A stretch of 64,000 nt of DNA from the human T2T-CHM13v2.0 reference genome, Homo sapiens, in NCBI RefSeq assembly GCF_009914755.1, contig NC_060934.1; one strand, 5' to 3'. The stretch's first letter is position 1. Each line of letters opens with the position of its first letter. A program made the position numbers and the translations under genes. The notes beneath the pieces were generated by a model, which worked only from the letters and a program-made list of their open reading frames with translations, was not told where the DNA came from and ran no database searches. Shown piece after piece: positions 25,715 through 41,549 of the stretch.

Positions 25715-26149
25715 GAGGCAAAAAGCTAGCACTTCCATCTGGAGAGTTGATTGGAAATGTTTTTCTCTTCTCTTGAATCTTCACTGTTTCCCTGAGATGC
25801 CATTTGATTGTGTTTTCTAGTTTTCCACGCATTGTTTTTTTGTAATTTTTTTTCAAACTGTACAATATCCCTGAGAGTAGGGAAGAAAGAGATGTTCAGA
25901 GTTGAAGGTGTCAGAGCTAGGAAGTGGCAGAGACTGGATGTGAAACCCTTGTCCTGTGCCCATTAGCCCACTCCAGGCTGCCCTTGCTATCCAGGTTTTA
26001 TTAATTTTAGTGTCATCAGCCTTCACTGCGAAAAGCCTACACCTATTTTACTTTATTTTCAGTGGATGGTGTAGCTAATGGACAAGTATAAGACTAGCAT
26101 GTCTGTGTTTGTCCTGCATGTAATGACCAGAATTCCCTAGTCATTATGA

Positions 26150-26635
<486 letters not shown>

Positions 26636-27525
26636 GGATAACTTATTAAATACTCTTTAATGGGATTCTGACACTTACAACCAAAATGTCTTAACTTGTC
26701 ATAATTGCCTTTCCAAAGGCCATTTGTACATTACCTAGTGCATGGTAAACTCTATACATGTTGGCTCAAATGGTACTAATAAAACATCCAGGCCGGTGGC
26801 TTATGTTAGGATGGTGTATATACTTCCAGGAAAACCACAGGTGAGAGATGTATTCCTGGTTGAGAGATTTTGGAACCTTTTAGGAATGAGGTTCCTGAGA
26901 GCTGAGGCTGTAAGAACTTTGAGTATAGTTTTGACTTGTTTGAGGGTGGGTTTAGGGTTCCTTACAATATCAAGTTTGTGGTTTAATTTTTTTTGCTCTT
27001 GGAATTAGCATTATATAATGAATCACTGTGGGTTCTGAATATAGAGAGACATTTCTACTTCTTCTAACCTTTTAGTATGATATGTTTTCTAAGCCTAAAA
27101 GGCCCAGGACATTGTATGTTTTGTTGATATTAAGTTTGTATCTGGTGGTAGGGCTGTGTCTGTTATATTTTTGCAGGTTTTTAAAATGCTTGGCCATTTA
27201 GAAACTTTTAAATGTTTAGATTTTACGTTTCTATAAAAGTGCCACAAATACTCCTGCAAATTAGTAAGTTCAGGGAAACTGGTGGTAAAATGTTGGTGAG
27301 TCTCAGATGGCCTTTATTAAATTAGTACTTTATTGGTACAACTCTAGTAACAAAAACTTATAGAGAGTGAAAAAGAGGATTCATTCTGTAAGAGGTAATA
27401 GAAACAGACTGTTCTCTAATATTTCCTTTTAAATAATTTGTAAAAATTTTCTTGTCTTTGCTTAATCTTACCATTGTTTGAAAGAAGTGAAAACTTAGCA
27501 CCTTTGAAGATGGGAGTTTGAGACA

Positions 27526-27787
27526 TTTCCTTCTTTCCTTACCTCCCTCCCTCCCTCCTTCTTTCCCTTCCTTTCTCCTTCCCCTTCCCCTTCCTTCTCC
27601 CCTCCCCTTCCCTTCCCTCCCTCCCTCTCCCTCTCTCTCTTTCTCTCTTTTCCTTCCTTCCTTCCCTCCCTCCCTCCCCCCTCTTTTCTTTTCTTTCTTT
27701 CTTTTTTTCCTTCCTTCCTTTTTCTTTCTTTCTCTTTTTCTTTTCTCTCTTTCTTTCTCTCTTTCTTTCCTTCTTTCCTTCTTTCTT
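27526..27787. repeat. CT-rich polypyrimidine tract (expanded Alu tail)
   Basis: 27542-27787 contains only C and T. Confidence 0.95.
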
Positions 27788-28064
<277 letters not shown>

Positions 28065-28950
28065 AAGACATTTTATTTCTGACTTGAGATTTGTTCTGTT
28101 CTGCTTGATTCAAGTATTACAGACAAGTATGTGTGCCAGATGTCTGTTCTAACATGAGTTCAAATTTAAATACAATTCAGATTTCTAGAGTATTACCTTT
28201 ACAGTTTTCCCTCAACTAAAAAAAATGTTTAAAATACTAATTCATTGGAAAGAATTGAAACTTAACTTTTCACTTTGGTTTTCAGACAGAAAAATTTAGA
28301 AACACAAAATTGAAGAGGATTATAGCAGCACTAACATAACAATCATTTATAAATAGATAAATAAAATAACACTTAAATCTGTTCTGTTAGCCACTTTCAA
28401 CCAGAGATTAACAAGACTATTTCATGTGGCTGACGAGAATTGACCTCTCTATGGTCTTGTTTAAAAGTCTTCTTAAATAGACGTATAGAATCTTAGGATA
28501 TTCCAGGTTTCTTAATGTTAGAAACAATATAATTATGTTGGTTACTGTCAAAACTTGCAGTGTTGTTTGAAATATGTATTTACAGCAACAGATAGTCATT
28601 GCGTCTTTCGTTGTCCACACTGGTACCAGTTTGGTACTGAGGCATCTGACTAAAGACCTCAGAGAAGCACCAGAAAATGGAAAAGAAAGATCTGCCCCCA
28701 AATACGCAGCTGGCCACCTTTTTGCTACTAGTTTACTTTGTCGCATATAAAATAACGAAGACAGATGCATGTCAAAGGATGTGCGTATTGGGTCAGAATA
28801 AAAACATGCACAATTTTTTTTATGAGGAACACTCGTTTTATGAAAGTTCACAGGCTCTTATTCACTTAAGTCTTTAGAAATTTGTGTCTCTTTGTCTTTC
28901 ACACACACACCCACTGCCAGGGATACAGGGCTCCAGTCTTCCGGCTTCTT

Positions 28951-29258
28951 GATGAATTTTTTTTAAGTACTTCTTTGAGATGGAGTCTCACTCTGCCGCC
29001 CAGGCTGGAGCGCAATGGTGCAATCTCGGCTCACTGTAACCTCTGTTTCCCAGGTTCAAGCTATTCTCCTGCCTCAGCCTCCTGAATAGCTGGGATTACA
29101 CGTGCCTGCCACCATGCCCTGCTAATTTTTGTATTTTTCGTAGAGATGGGGTTTCACCACATTGGTCAGGCTGGTCTCAAACTCCTGACCTCAAGTGATC
29201 TGCCCGCTTCAGCCTCCCAAAGTGCTGGGATTACAGGCATGAGCCGCTGCACCCGGCC
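28951..29258 (-). mobile_element. AluS
   Basis: Full antisense dimer with a degenerate tail. Confidence 0.9.
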
Positions 29259-30535
29259 TCTGGCTTTTTAGGTTCAGAACATTTTCCCCTAGAATTACTG
29301 TGGTGGTCAATAGAAAGAAAGCCCATTATACGTATTTATGGTAGGAACCTGAGAGCAGTGAGTACTTGTTCGTGTGTGAAAGACACCTACAGCATGTTGT
29401 AACTAGACTGAATTCTGAATGCAGCCTGTTATACATGAGAATATTTCATTCCTAGTATCATTTCTAGTATGCCAAAGACAGTGGTGCGCTTCCATTCATG
29501 ACCACATAGTGCTCACCACACAATTGTACCAGTGCATATTTGGCTTTGTACAAACAGGATTAGGACAAGAAAATTACCAGTTATTGCGGGGGTCAGTAAC
29601 CCACCAATATAAAATAGAAGACACTGATGATGGTGAACAGTATTATGAAAGAGAGACAGTCTCTGATTCCAGGAAGTTTACTGTTTTAATGAGGAGGTAA
29701 AATGTGCACATGATGTATTTAAAAGAAGAAAATGGGAAGGCTTTAAATAGGGAAATAGAGAAAGTGCTCTAGGAGTTTAGTGTAGGAACATATTGTTCTT
29801 ACTAGGGAATCACAAAAGCATTGCAGAAGAAATTAAATGTGAACCTCCAACAGTGGGGATGGGAAAGATGGGTGTTCTAGGAGTGGAGACCAGGGTAAGT
29901 GAAGCTACAGAAGAGGGAAAGTCACAATTCCTATAGTTGAGCAATATTTTTCCTGGCATTGAAGGAACATTGAAAGTGATTGGAAGGTAAGTCTGTGAAG
30001 GTGGGTTGTAGCAAATGGTGGAGATCTAGAATGCCAAATGGAGGTTAGCATTTACAGGGTGCAAGTCAAATGGTCTCCACGTACCAGCTTCCATGTGAGG
30101 ACCACCATAGAGGTGCTAGCCTATGGGCAGCCATGTTTCAGAGAATGCTGGGTGGGCAGGCATGGTTCAGTTGAAGAGGTGAAGGATGTGGGGATAGTAG
30201 TTCACTGCAGTTCGGTGTTTCAGGGGACATTGAGAAGGTATGCGGGGAATGAGTGAAGATAAGGAAGAGATGAGTGGGACTTTTGGTTAGGGGTACAGAA
30301 TTCCAGAACTTGTTAGTGATGGCAGTGAGAAAGCGTATAGAGGTGAGGGAGGGAGGTACCCTCCACATTTTAGGTAGTGACTGAGGGAAAGTGTTGTTTT
30401 CACTGTGTAGCCTCAACCCTAAACCCTAAGGCTGGGGTTTAGGTTGCAAAGACATTTAGCAAGGAGAACATACAGAAGCAGAAGTGCCTGTTAGAGTCCT
30501 ACAGATCACCCATCAAATCATGTGCGTATACATGT

Positions 30536-31295
30536 AGTAAACCAAAAAGTGACTGAAGCAGATCTCAATCCATCAGAAGTGTATTTTACCATAGTTGAAG
30601 ATGCACCTGAGAAAAACAAACACGTGCCTCAGTAGGATCTGCAACCTATGCTTTATCCACAGAGGGTTTTGGGATGTTCAGTATTTAACCAAGAAAGAGG
30701 CTGGGCACAGTGGCTCATGCCTATAATCCCAGCACTTTGGGAGGCCAAAGTGGGTGGATCACTTGAGGTGAGGGGTTTGAGACCAGCCTGGCCAACGTGG
30801 TGAAACCCCATCTCTATTAAAAATACAAAAAAAAAAAAAAAATAGCTGGGTGTGGTGGCAGGCACCTGTAATCCCAGCTCTTGAGCTGAGATCACGCCAC
30901 GGCACTCCAGCCTGGAAGACACAGCAAGACTCCATCTCAAAAAAAAAAAGAAGAAGAAGAAGAAAGAAAGAAAGAGCAAGCATTTGGGGAAGAAAAAGAA
31001 AAGGAGGACAGGTAGGCAGTGAGGCAAGCGGCTCCATCTTGGTAGGCTCTGATTAGCACTCAGTGAATCTACATGTTACATGTGCAAAGAAGAGTACAGG
31101 AAAAGCCAATTTTGCATTCTTCTCTTGCTTGGTTAATCTACATTTTAACATGTTACATAAGATAAAGTAAGCATGTGGAATTACAGCTATTTGGGAACAA
31201 AAAGGAAGGCAGTTTTTGTGTGACTCAGTTTCTAAGCTTAACTTTCCATTTGGCATAGTGAGTTTGGGGTGCCAAGATTCTATTTTCCTTTCACA
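30536..31295 (-). mobile_element. MER4-family (ERV1) solo LTR, interrupted by an Alu
   Basis: Minus strand starts TGTGAAAGGAAAATAGAATCTTGGCACCCCAAACTCACTATGCCAAA and ends ..ACTTTTTGGTTTAC. Confidence 0.82.
30699..30968 (+). mobile_element. AluS with ~55-bp right-arm deletion and A/GAA/GAAA tail
   Basis: CCCAGCT|CTTGAGCTGAGATC junction. AAGAAAGAG on both flanks. Confidence 0.88.
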
Positions 31296-33839
31296 GTATA
31301 TACGTAGGTATTCAAGAGGCATATCATATGCATTTTGCAGCTAGACTCCCATCCACTGGCACAGTGACCATCCTGGGAGAAGATACAGGCATGAAGCTGA
31401 TTGCAGAATAGTGGTGTCTCCTCTCATATCTCGGTTTTGCATTGGGATGCATACTTCCTGAAGTTCTCCTTTTCTTGGCGGTTGCTACTGAGGATATAGA
31501 GTTGAATTCGGGTAATGTAGACTGGAGTATGATGCGACTTTATCATTATCTCCTTAAGTCATAAGCCTGTAGGGATTGGGGACTTTACCGTTGAAATGAG
31601 CCTTTTCTTTTTCTGTGTTTTAGTGATGTTTGCTGCCAGAGATCTTCAGAGAGATTTAAAAGTCATTTTAAATGGCACTTTTAGCATTAACTCTACCTAT
31701 TAGGCTTTGTTAGAGCCTAATCTTCTCAGATTCCTTCTCATTCAAGAAATGTTGATTAAATATCTGAATTGTGCATGTATATCATAATTTAAATACATGG
31801 TAAATACTGAAAATCATACAGAGATTAATCAGATAGAGGTCCTGTTCTCAAGGATCCAGTTGACCCACAGATTTCTTCTTTTTTGATTCCTTTTATTTTT
31901 ATTATTTTTTTTAGCTTAGAGAAAGGTCACACAAAGATAGTGATTTGGGAGAAGGTTCTTTTCCCTATTTGCTTGTTTCATTTAGCATGGGTGATAGAAA
32001 CATCTTTGGGTAAAAGCAAACATCTGGCAAGGGTGCCTCTTAGATGGAAGGTTGAGCAGATATTCGGTGAAATATGAATCAGTGTTCCTGCTTTTGCTAC
32101 GTTCAATTCTGAAGTTTGTGTTGCCATGGGGATGGAGACTGCCAGGAGAGCTGCCATTAGCAAGTTTGTTTGAAACTCTGTGAACCCTTGAGCCCCAGGG
32201 AAGAGAGGTTGGATAGGTCTGGTAATAGACCCCTGGGAGATGCTTGGGCATTTCTGCTGCCAAACCTTGTAGGGACAGGGTGGAGGTTGAGGATAGCTGA
32301 AACATAGAGCAGAAGTTGGGTCTATAGAAAGCACTTGAGACTCTTTTTTTAAAGAGGCAGAAACCTTCCAGCAGGTCTGTGCTCTGGGTGAGATATTCAC
32401 ATAAACAAATTAGAATTTTCTAGGCCTTACTGCGGAACAGGCTTTTACCAGTTGAGTAACCACAAACGCTTTTATTGCAATGTAAACTAAACACTATAAA
32501 ATAAATGTCAATAACTTTAATTTTTTTCTACTTTTTTTAGCAAAAGGAATAACCTTTTAGCAGAAGACTAGTAAACATATATGAGGAAGTCTGGACAGAA
32601 AAAGAAAGGGTTTATAAATAGCAGACATAGCAGCCCTTGCTATCTGAGAAATTGTTGTAGGGAGGTGATAGCTTTCCTAAGACCACTAATAAAGGTCTTC
32701 CGTGCCTCTGGGTAAAAGGGACAGTGAGTCAGTTACCCTGCTCTTGTTCCTGTTTTTCTCCCTGCATCCCACCCCAACCATTATGTTCTTTCCATTTAGT
32801 CTGTAACTTACCTGGTCATTGCTGAATAAAACTTTGATTTTTGTGGTCAGGTTCAGTTTTTTGGAACCAAATGATTCTGAAAGTGCTATAGTAATACATG
32901 CATGTTTATCTTTTCATTAAATTTTTTAGGATCTTCGGGTAAAGATAAGCTCAAATCAGCAGATTTTTTTTTTTTTTAATTCAGGGATTTCTTCCAAGTG
33001 CTTAATTTAGCACTGTGTGTTTTAGTTTGGTGTTTAACTTTTTGTATGATGCCTGATTGCATACCGGTTCTTTCCTTTTGCTTGTGAGTAAACACGTGCA
33101 TGCCAATATTTAAAATCTGCTTTAAACAGAAAGAATAATATTAAAACTCTTTCAGTTCAGACAAGTCACTCAAACTAAATTTCCTCTCCAGTAGTCTAAG
33201 TTGTGAATTTTACCTTTCCCTTACTAGCAGAATTCCACTTGTAGCTCACTGGTGACAGAGGGGCGTGTTATTTTTCATAGTATTCTCCTTGGTATAGATG
33301 AGGCTTGCAAAAAGGACGTGTCCTGAAGATTCCATTCCTGTGCTTATATGCACTAGTTGGCATGACTACAGGTCTGCTTCCTCTGCTGGCTGGAGCTGGG
33401 GCTATTTATAGTTTCTCTTCTTGGCTTCTGATTTAGCGTATCAGCGTGTATTTATGCAAGGGAGAACTCCGAGGCCATATAAGACTGTAGTTTAGAAACC
33501 TACTAGCCTCATTTGCCTTTTGCTCTCTGGAGGGAGAGGAATGATCTTATATTTTGCCAACATAGAACTGTAGCAGGCTGGAGGGGAATGACATACCGCA
33601 CATCACTCTGGCTTCTCTGCAACAGACAGAGGGGTGGTCTAAGAGCCTGTGATGGGGCCATCTTCCCAGATGGAAAGACTATTCGATCCATTGCACTAGA
33701 TGAAATGTTTAACTCCTTTAATAAGTAGGCAGTACTTCAAATCTCCTTGTCTTTTTCTTTTACGTCAGGCAGGATGATATAATGGGAGAATGTGGACTGG
33801 GTAAGGCTGCCTTTTTTTTTTTTTTAAGGCTGCCTTTTA

Positions 33840-34016
33840 ACCTTGGGTCTTACGGTCACAAATCCTGTTGCGTCGCAGAGGTCAACCTCCCTGATCTTCA
33901 CTGTCTTCATCTGCAAAATGGGAAAATTGTATCCCTCCCTCATGGGGCAGTTACGAGGATTAGGGACAGTGTAAACCACACATCAATGTCTGGCACAGAG
34001 CAGATGCTGAGAAAAT
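33840..34016 (+). mobile_element. MIR
   Basis: CTTCATCTGCAAAATGGG..GAGGATTA..TCTGGCACAGAGCAGATGCT. Confidence 0.7.
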
Positions 34017-34045
34017 CCTGAAAACTCAGTCAAAGAAATAGAAGA

Positions 34046-34391
<346 letters not shown>

Positions 34392-34928
34392 TCAAGGATT
34401 TACATTGAGGCTTTTAGCCAAAATAGAAAAAAAAAAAAAAAAAAAAAAAGAGGTCAAGCATATCTTGAGAGGGTCCATTTCTCCTTCCCTTTTCTTCTGT
34501 CTCTGTCCTTGGTATCCATTGACCCAGGGTCACCTTGCCCTCTAGAACTGTGCATCTGAGTACATGCAAGCACTGGAATGACCTTACCTAGATCCCTACT
34601 TTCTCCCATGAAACTTCCCTCTTAGCAAAAGCTAGTCCACCCTCACACTGCAAATTTTAAGACATTCTCACAAATCAATAAGCTGAATCTTATTTTTCTT
34701 TCTTTCTTCCCATTGACTTAAGTTTTTCACAAGAAGCTCAATCTTAATAGTGAGAAGATGCAAGACTGTAGCCCTGGTTAAACCTCTCTGCCCGTAAGGA
34801 ACTTGGTACCCTTCCTTATAGAAGTCTGCTAAAGTTAGCCCTTTGAGAAAATTACCTATTTGCAGTACTCTTTTGCCATTTTTTGAAAAAATGGCCGGTA
34901 GTCAGAGTTTTGAAATTTGAGGATAACT

Positions 34929-35288
34929 TTTTTATTTTATTTTATTTTATTTTATTTTATTTTATTTTATTTTATTTTATTTTATTTTATTTTATTTTTG
35001 AGACAGGGTCTCACTCTGTCACCCAGGATGGAGTGCAGTGGTTCAGTCATAGTTCACTGCAGCCTGGAACTCCTGGGCTCAGGCGATCCTCCCACGTCAG
35101 TCTCCCATGCAGCTGTAACTATGGGCGCATGCAACTATATCCTGCTAATTTTTGTATTTTTTTTTTTTTACAGAGATGGAGTCTTGACATGTTATCCAGG
35201 CTAACCTTGAATTCCTGGCCTCCAGCAATTCTCCCATGTTGGCCTCCCAAAGTTCTGAGATTACAGGCGTGATCCACTGTGCCCGGCC
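34929..35288 (-). mobile_element. AluJ with (TTTTA)n tail
   Basis: J diagnostics, TTTTA pentamer tail, TSD TTGAGG..AACTTT. Confidence 0.9.
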
Positions 35289-35547
35289 TTGAGGTCAACT
35301 TTAAACAGCTTCCAAACAAATCCTCAGAAAAATTAGTGACCCTGTGGGGTTCTCCTAGTACGTGGCTTGTCTGTGTTGTGTGGGCTGATTTTGGTACCAA
35401 AGAATAGGTCTGCAGGGCAGTGAAAGACTATGAATCTGAGGAGGACCTTCCTGGGTCACTGGCAGAAACAGCCTCCCTTGAGCATACCCTAAGCCACCTT
35501 CCCTTTGGCCCAATTATGTCTGGGGTGTTTATCAATTTTGAAGTAAG

Positions 35548-35700
35548 GGCCGGGTACAGTCGCTCATGCCTGTAATAGCAGCACTTTGGGAGGTTGAGGC
35601 GGGCATCCACCTGAGGTCAAGAGTTTGAGACCAGTGAGCCGAGATTGCACCATTGTACTCCAGCCTGGGCAACAGAGCAAGACTCCACCTCAAAAAAAAA
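35548..35700 (+). mobile_element. AluS with large central deletion (left arm joined to end of right arm)
   Basis: Junction GAGACCAG|TGAGCCGAGAT. TSD TTTTGAA(G/A)TAAGG. Confidence 0.88.
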
Positions 35701-35902
35701 TTTTTTTTTGAAATAAGGTAGAAGGGGTAAAAATGTAAAATATAAAAACGTAGGTAACATTTTATAGCAATCCGAAAACTTTGAGTTCAATAATAATTCA
35801 TTATGTTGCAATTTTTGTAAGCACAAAAGTAACACATGCCTGTAATAGAAAATTTGAAAAAGGAAAAGCATTTCAGGAAGAAGATTAAAAAAAAAAAAAT
35901 CA

Positions 35903-36220
<318 letters not shown>

Positions 36221-36389
36221 TCACCTGAAGTGTTAACATTATTAATATCTTGGGGTCTTTTTACCCAAATCCTTTTATCTCAATCTCTTACACTCATGCA
36301 TATGTAATTATTACATACATATACAATAGCTGAGAAAATAGTATACAAATTGAATTGTAACATCTTTTTTTTTTTAATTAGGAGAAGCA

Positions 36390-36620
36390 GAGGGGCATTG
36401 TGGTTGAGAGATTATTTGTGCAGCTGGGCAGACCTGTTGGAATCCTCATTTTGCAGCCAAGTATTATTTGATAGTGGTGGTAACTTTTCAAGGCTCTTCT
36501 TTCTCATCTGTAAAACGCAGATCCCAGTATCAACCCACACACCAGGATTAAATGAGATATTATGTGTGAAGTGCTTAGGACCATGTCTGCCATATAGTCT
36601 GAGTTCTCTAAATTATAGCT
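36390..36620 (+). mobile_element. MIR
   Basis: TTTCTCATCTGTAAAA..AGGATTAAATGAGATA..GTGAAGTGCTTAG. Confidence 0.7.
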
Positions 36621-36760
36621 GAAGCAGACAGCTATCATCAGGCTTTTCTGCCTCTGTAACATTTGTTTTCTGTCCTCTCCTTCTGCCTGTTCTTTTTTAT
36701 TATTTTTTTTCATTAAAAAACTCCTGCTGGTCATTTAAAGTCTGCTTCACATTTTGCCAC

Positions 36761-37115
36761 TGTATTAGTCCATCCTCACACTGCAAATAAAGACATACTC
36801 GAGACTGGGTAATTTATAAAGGAAAGAGGTTTAATTGACTCCCAGTTCCACATGGCTGGGGAGGCCTCACAATCATGGTGGAAGGGCAAGTCACGTCTTA
36901 CATGGCAGCAGGCAAGAGAGAGCTTGTACAGGGGAACCCCTCTTTATAAAACCATCAGATCTGGTGAGACTTATTCAGTGTCATGAGAACAGCATGGGAA
37001 AAACCCACCCCCATGATTCAGTCATCTCCCACTGGGTCCCTCCCATGACATGCAGGAATTATGGGAGCTACAACTCAAGAGGAGATTTGGGTAGGGACAA
37101 AGCCAAACCGTATCA
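36761..37115 (-). mobile_element. THE1 (THE1B/C-like) solo LTR
   Basis: TGTATTAGTCC...CCAAACCGTATCA ends. Perfect 5-bp TSD GCCAC at 36756-36760 and 37116-37120. Confidence 0.93.
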
Positions 37116-37189
37116 GCCACATATATGGAAGTGCAGGGATTCTCCTAGATGTGAACCTATGGGTGCCCTAGGAGGCCGAGTGGTACAAT

Positions 37190-37430
37190 GGTGTAGTGGT
37201 GCATAGTACAGGTAGTTCACCGAATGCCCTAACTTTAATGCCACATGCCACCTCTGTTATTCACTAGCTCTGCAAGCCTGGGAGAGTTACTGAATTGCTC
37301 TAGAGCTCCGTTGCTCCTCTGTGCAGATGAAACAATTATAGTACCTATCTAATTGAGTTGTTGAAAGGATTAAAAGTGTTAATCCAAGAAAAATGCTAAA
37401 ACAGTGCCCAGCCGAGGTTAGCTCTTATTA
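37190..37430 (+). mobile_element. MIR
   Basis: ATAGTACCTATCTAATTGAGTTGTTGAAAGGATTAAA..AACAGTGCC. Confidence 0.65.
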
Positions 37431-38089
37431 ACAGAACTTGCTGCACTGGGGCATTCATCTTTTAGGAAAGTATGGATTTAATTTTAATCATCTTTGTATT
37501 CACTCTAAACTTACCCCAATGCCAGACCTATGGTAGATGATCAGTTTATACTCATTGAACTTTGTTGCATGGGATTAAAACCTGCAAGAGAAAGACAGGA
37601 CTTCTTGAGATGATGACAAACCTACAGTTCTATTTCTGAGGCATCATGGTTATAGGAAGTATTAAGCACCTAAGTTTAAAACAGAAAAGGAAATGAAAAA
37701 TGCTTTTCGTAATTTACTTTTTACTTTATGACAAGTTTAGATTTATCAAATTATTGTGAAGATGGTACAGAAATCTCATAAGCCCTAGACTCAGTTTCCC
37801 CTATTACTAACATCTTGTATAAGTATGGTACCTTTGTTATAATTAATGAACTAATACTGATATACTAACCAACTAAAGTCCATACTTTATTCAAATTTTC
37901 TCAGTTTTTCCTTAAGTTACTTTTACTGTTCCAGGACCCTATCCTAAATGTCACATTACATTTAGGATACAGTCTTTTTAGGCTTCACTTGCCTGGGACA
38001 GTTTCTCAGACTTTGTTTTTTTTTTTTTTTTTTCAGTGTTGTGTATTTGCTTGTTTTTAATTTCATTCGATTCAATTCAATTCAATTCA

Positions 38090-38497
<408 letters not shown>

Positions 38498-39116
38498 GAC
38501 TTTGTTTTTGGTGACCTTGACGGTTTTGAAGATTACCAGTTAGATATTTTGTAGAATTTCTTTCCATTAGTACTTTTTAAAAATTGAGATATCATTCATA
38601 AACCTTAAAATTCACCTTTTTAAAGTATACAGCAAACAAAATTTAAAAAGTTTGTTGGTAGCTTGATTCTGTTCAACCTAAAATTTATTAACAGAATCAG
38701 ATGAGTTAAATTGTATACAGAGTATTTCCAGATAGGAAATGTGTTATTTAAATTCCATTTATCTGGTGAGCTCAGATGCTTCTGGTGAACATTTATTTGA
38801 GCAGGGTTATAATGCATTTTGGCAAAAGCAAACTTGAAGGTCATCTTGGATTTGCTGTTGCCCTGGAAATGTTGAAAGGAATGAATTTGTTCTGGCATCT
38901 TGGACTGTTTTGGACACAGTTTCTAGCAGGGTACTTGTTTTTATATACTAACTGAAATAGTACTGAGGTCAATAGCTTGCATTTGGAAAACAGAAATGAA
39001 AATACATCTTTTACCTTGACAAAAGGTTGGCAACTGATGGCAGAGATGATCAGAAAGTAGAAATAGGGTGTGTGAGTGGGATTCCCATTTGCGTAGCTTT
39101 CTTTGCATACCCAGCA

Positions 39117-39400
39117 CATTCATTCATTTAATAAATATTTATTCTGTGCCTACCACGTGCCAGAAACTGTTCTCGGTGCTTGGGATATGGTAGAGAACAA
39201 AGCAAACAAAATCATGTTGTCATGGAGATGACATGCTGATGGTGCCAACAGAGAGTGAACAGGTAAGTGTGAGTCAGGGGTGATTGGTGGTTTGAGGAAG
39301 TCATCGTAAGGTGATAAAGAATGGCTGGTGGGAGGTGTTACTCAAAGAAAGCTTCTTTTAGTTGACATGTGAACAGAGACACAAATGTATATTTGAATAA
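39117..39400 (-). mobile_element. L2a 3' end
   Basis: CATTCATTCATTTAATAAATATTTATTCTGTGCCTACCACGTGCCAG. Confidence 0.8.
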
Positions 39401-39454
39401 ATGTGTGTCTGCCACATGGAAGTTATCTTTGGAATGAAGGGAATATAATTTTTC

Positions 39455-40197
<743 letters not shown>

Positions 40198-40279
40198 CTT
40201 ACTATCATGTGTTCAAATAAAATCAGTCAATAAAACGAATGGGGCAGCTTTTGTACAACTGTCACTATGTAGCGCCCTA

Positions 40280-40560
40280 GGGGTTTAATAGTAAGATACA
40301 CATTATCTGCTTCCATGGAGCTTATGGCCTTGAGCAGGAACAGGATGTTAATGAATTAAAATAAGCCCATGGGTGACGAACCATGGAAAGTGCTAAGAAG
40401 GGAAGGTATAGGGAGCTATGAGCCATGAGAGGGGAATCAGTCTAGGCTGGGTGGTCAGGGAAGGCTTCCTGGTAGAAGTGATGCTTGAGCTGAGAGGCAA
40501 CACAGGAGGTAGAGTTCACAGCCATCAAGATGGGTCAGGAGGAAGGCCAGTGAGTCTGGG
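40280..40560 (-). mobile_element. L2 fragment
   Basis: GGTCAGGGAAGGCTTCCTGGTAGAAGTGATGCTTGAGCTGAGA. Confidence 0.65.
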
Positions 40561-41549
40561 CAGCAGGAGTGGGGTTAACTGAGAAGAACCTACCGTGGGG
40601 ATGGCAGCTAGGAGAACCTCACTTAACACTGGGCACATTCTGTTATTGGAATTTGATATTCTTCTTGTAAATGGTAGTAAGTGAGCATACATTAATCTGA
40701 AAAAGTCCATCCAATTGACCTGCCTTAACATTTTCAGAATGTACACTATGCGTTAGATTTTGCTAAGATAAGCTAAAATATGCTGTTATGTATCAAATTT
40801 CTAACACTTTGTTTGAATCACCAAAATGAGAAGAAATAGATTTACGGCAATATTTTAAAAGTGACTGTGTTAGTAAGAAAAAGAAAGGATTCTTTTTAGG
40901 AAAACAGATTTTAAGTCAAAACATAGAGGGTTCTTATATTTTTCTTTTTTTTTAACTATCATCTAGTGAAATTTTAGAGAAGGCATTTAACTGTATTATA
41001 CACCATGGTCCTGAGAGGAAAAACAGTCTTTGGGGAATGCTTTTTAATCTAATAAAATGAATTATCTTTGTTTCAAGCTGTTCTTCTAGTACATTCAGTT
41101 ACTTAACGTGGTGCATCATCTTTTAAGAGTGTTTTCGATATGACACGCTCAGAGTCAAATGACTTTATAAAGACCGAACGATGCTCTTGTGAAGGATGCA
41201 AAAATGCCTAATCTCTGGCCTTCAAAATGTTTCTGCCTTTTTAGGAAAATCCACATGTAATTGTGGAGAAGTCTTAAATGAAGGGCTGACAACAGTGGTG
41301 GTGGCGAACAAGGCTGAGAGTGATGGCGGCAGTGTGGGTTTCTTGAGCTGCTGAAATATTGTTTGGATTAAGGTAGAGAGTAGGATCTGCTTGGTGACAT
41401 TTGTATACTGTTTTGTATTTCTGTTAATTGACATCAACAACAAATGTACCACCAGAAATTCTATTTATTATTTTAAATCTTTTAAAATAGCTCTTTCAGA
41501 GCTTCAGAATTTTTAGCAAACTTTACAGGGCCATTTTGCTTGCTTATCT

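Noticed and set aside
33395-33490. Muscle-enhancer-like motifs (CTATTTTATAG, CCATATAAGA)
   Set aside because: Both deviate from the MEF2 and CArG consensus, so they are unsupported without chromatin data.
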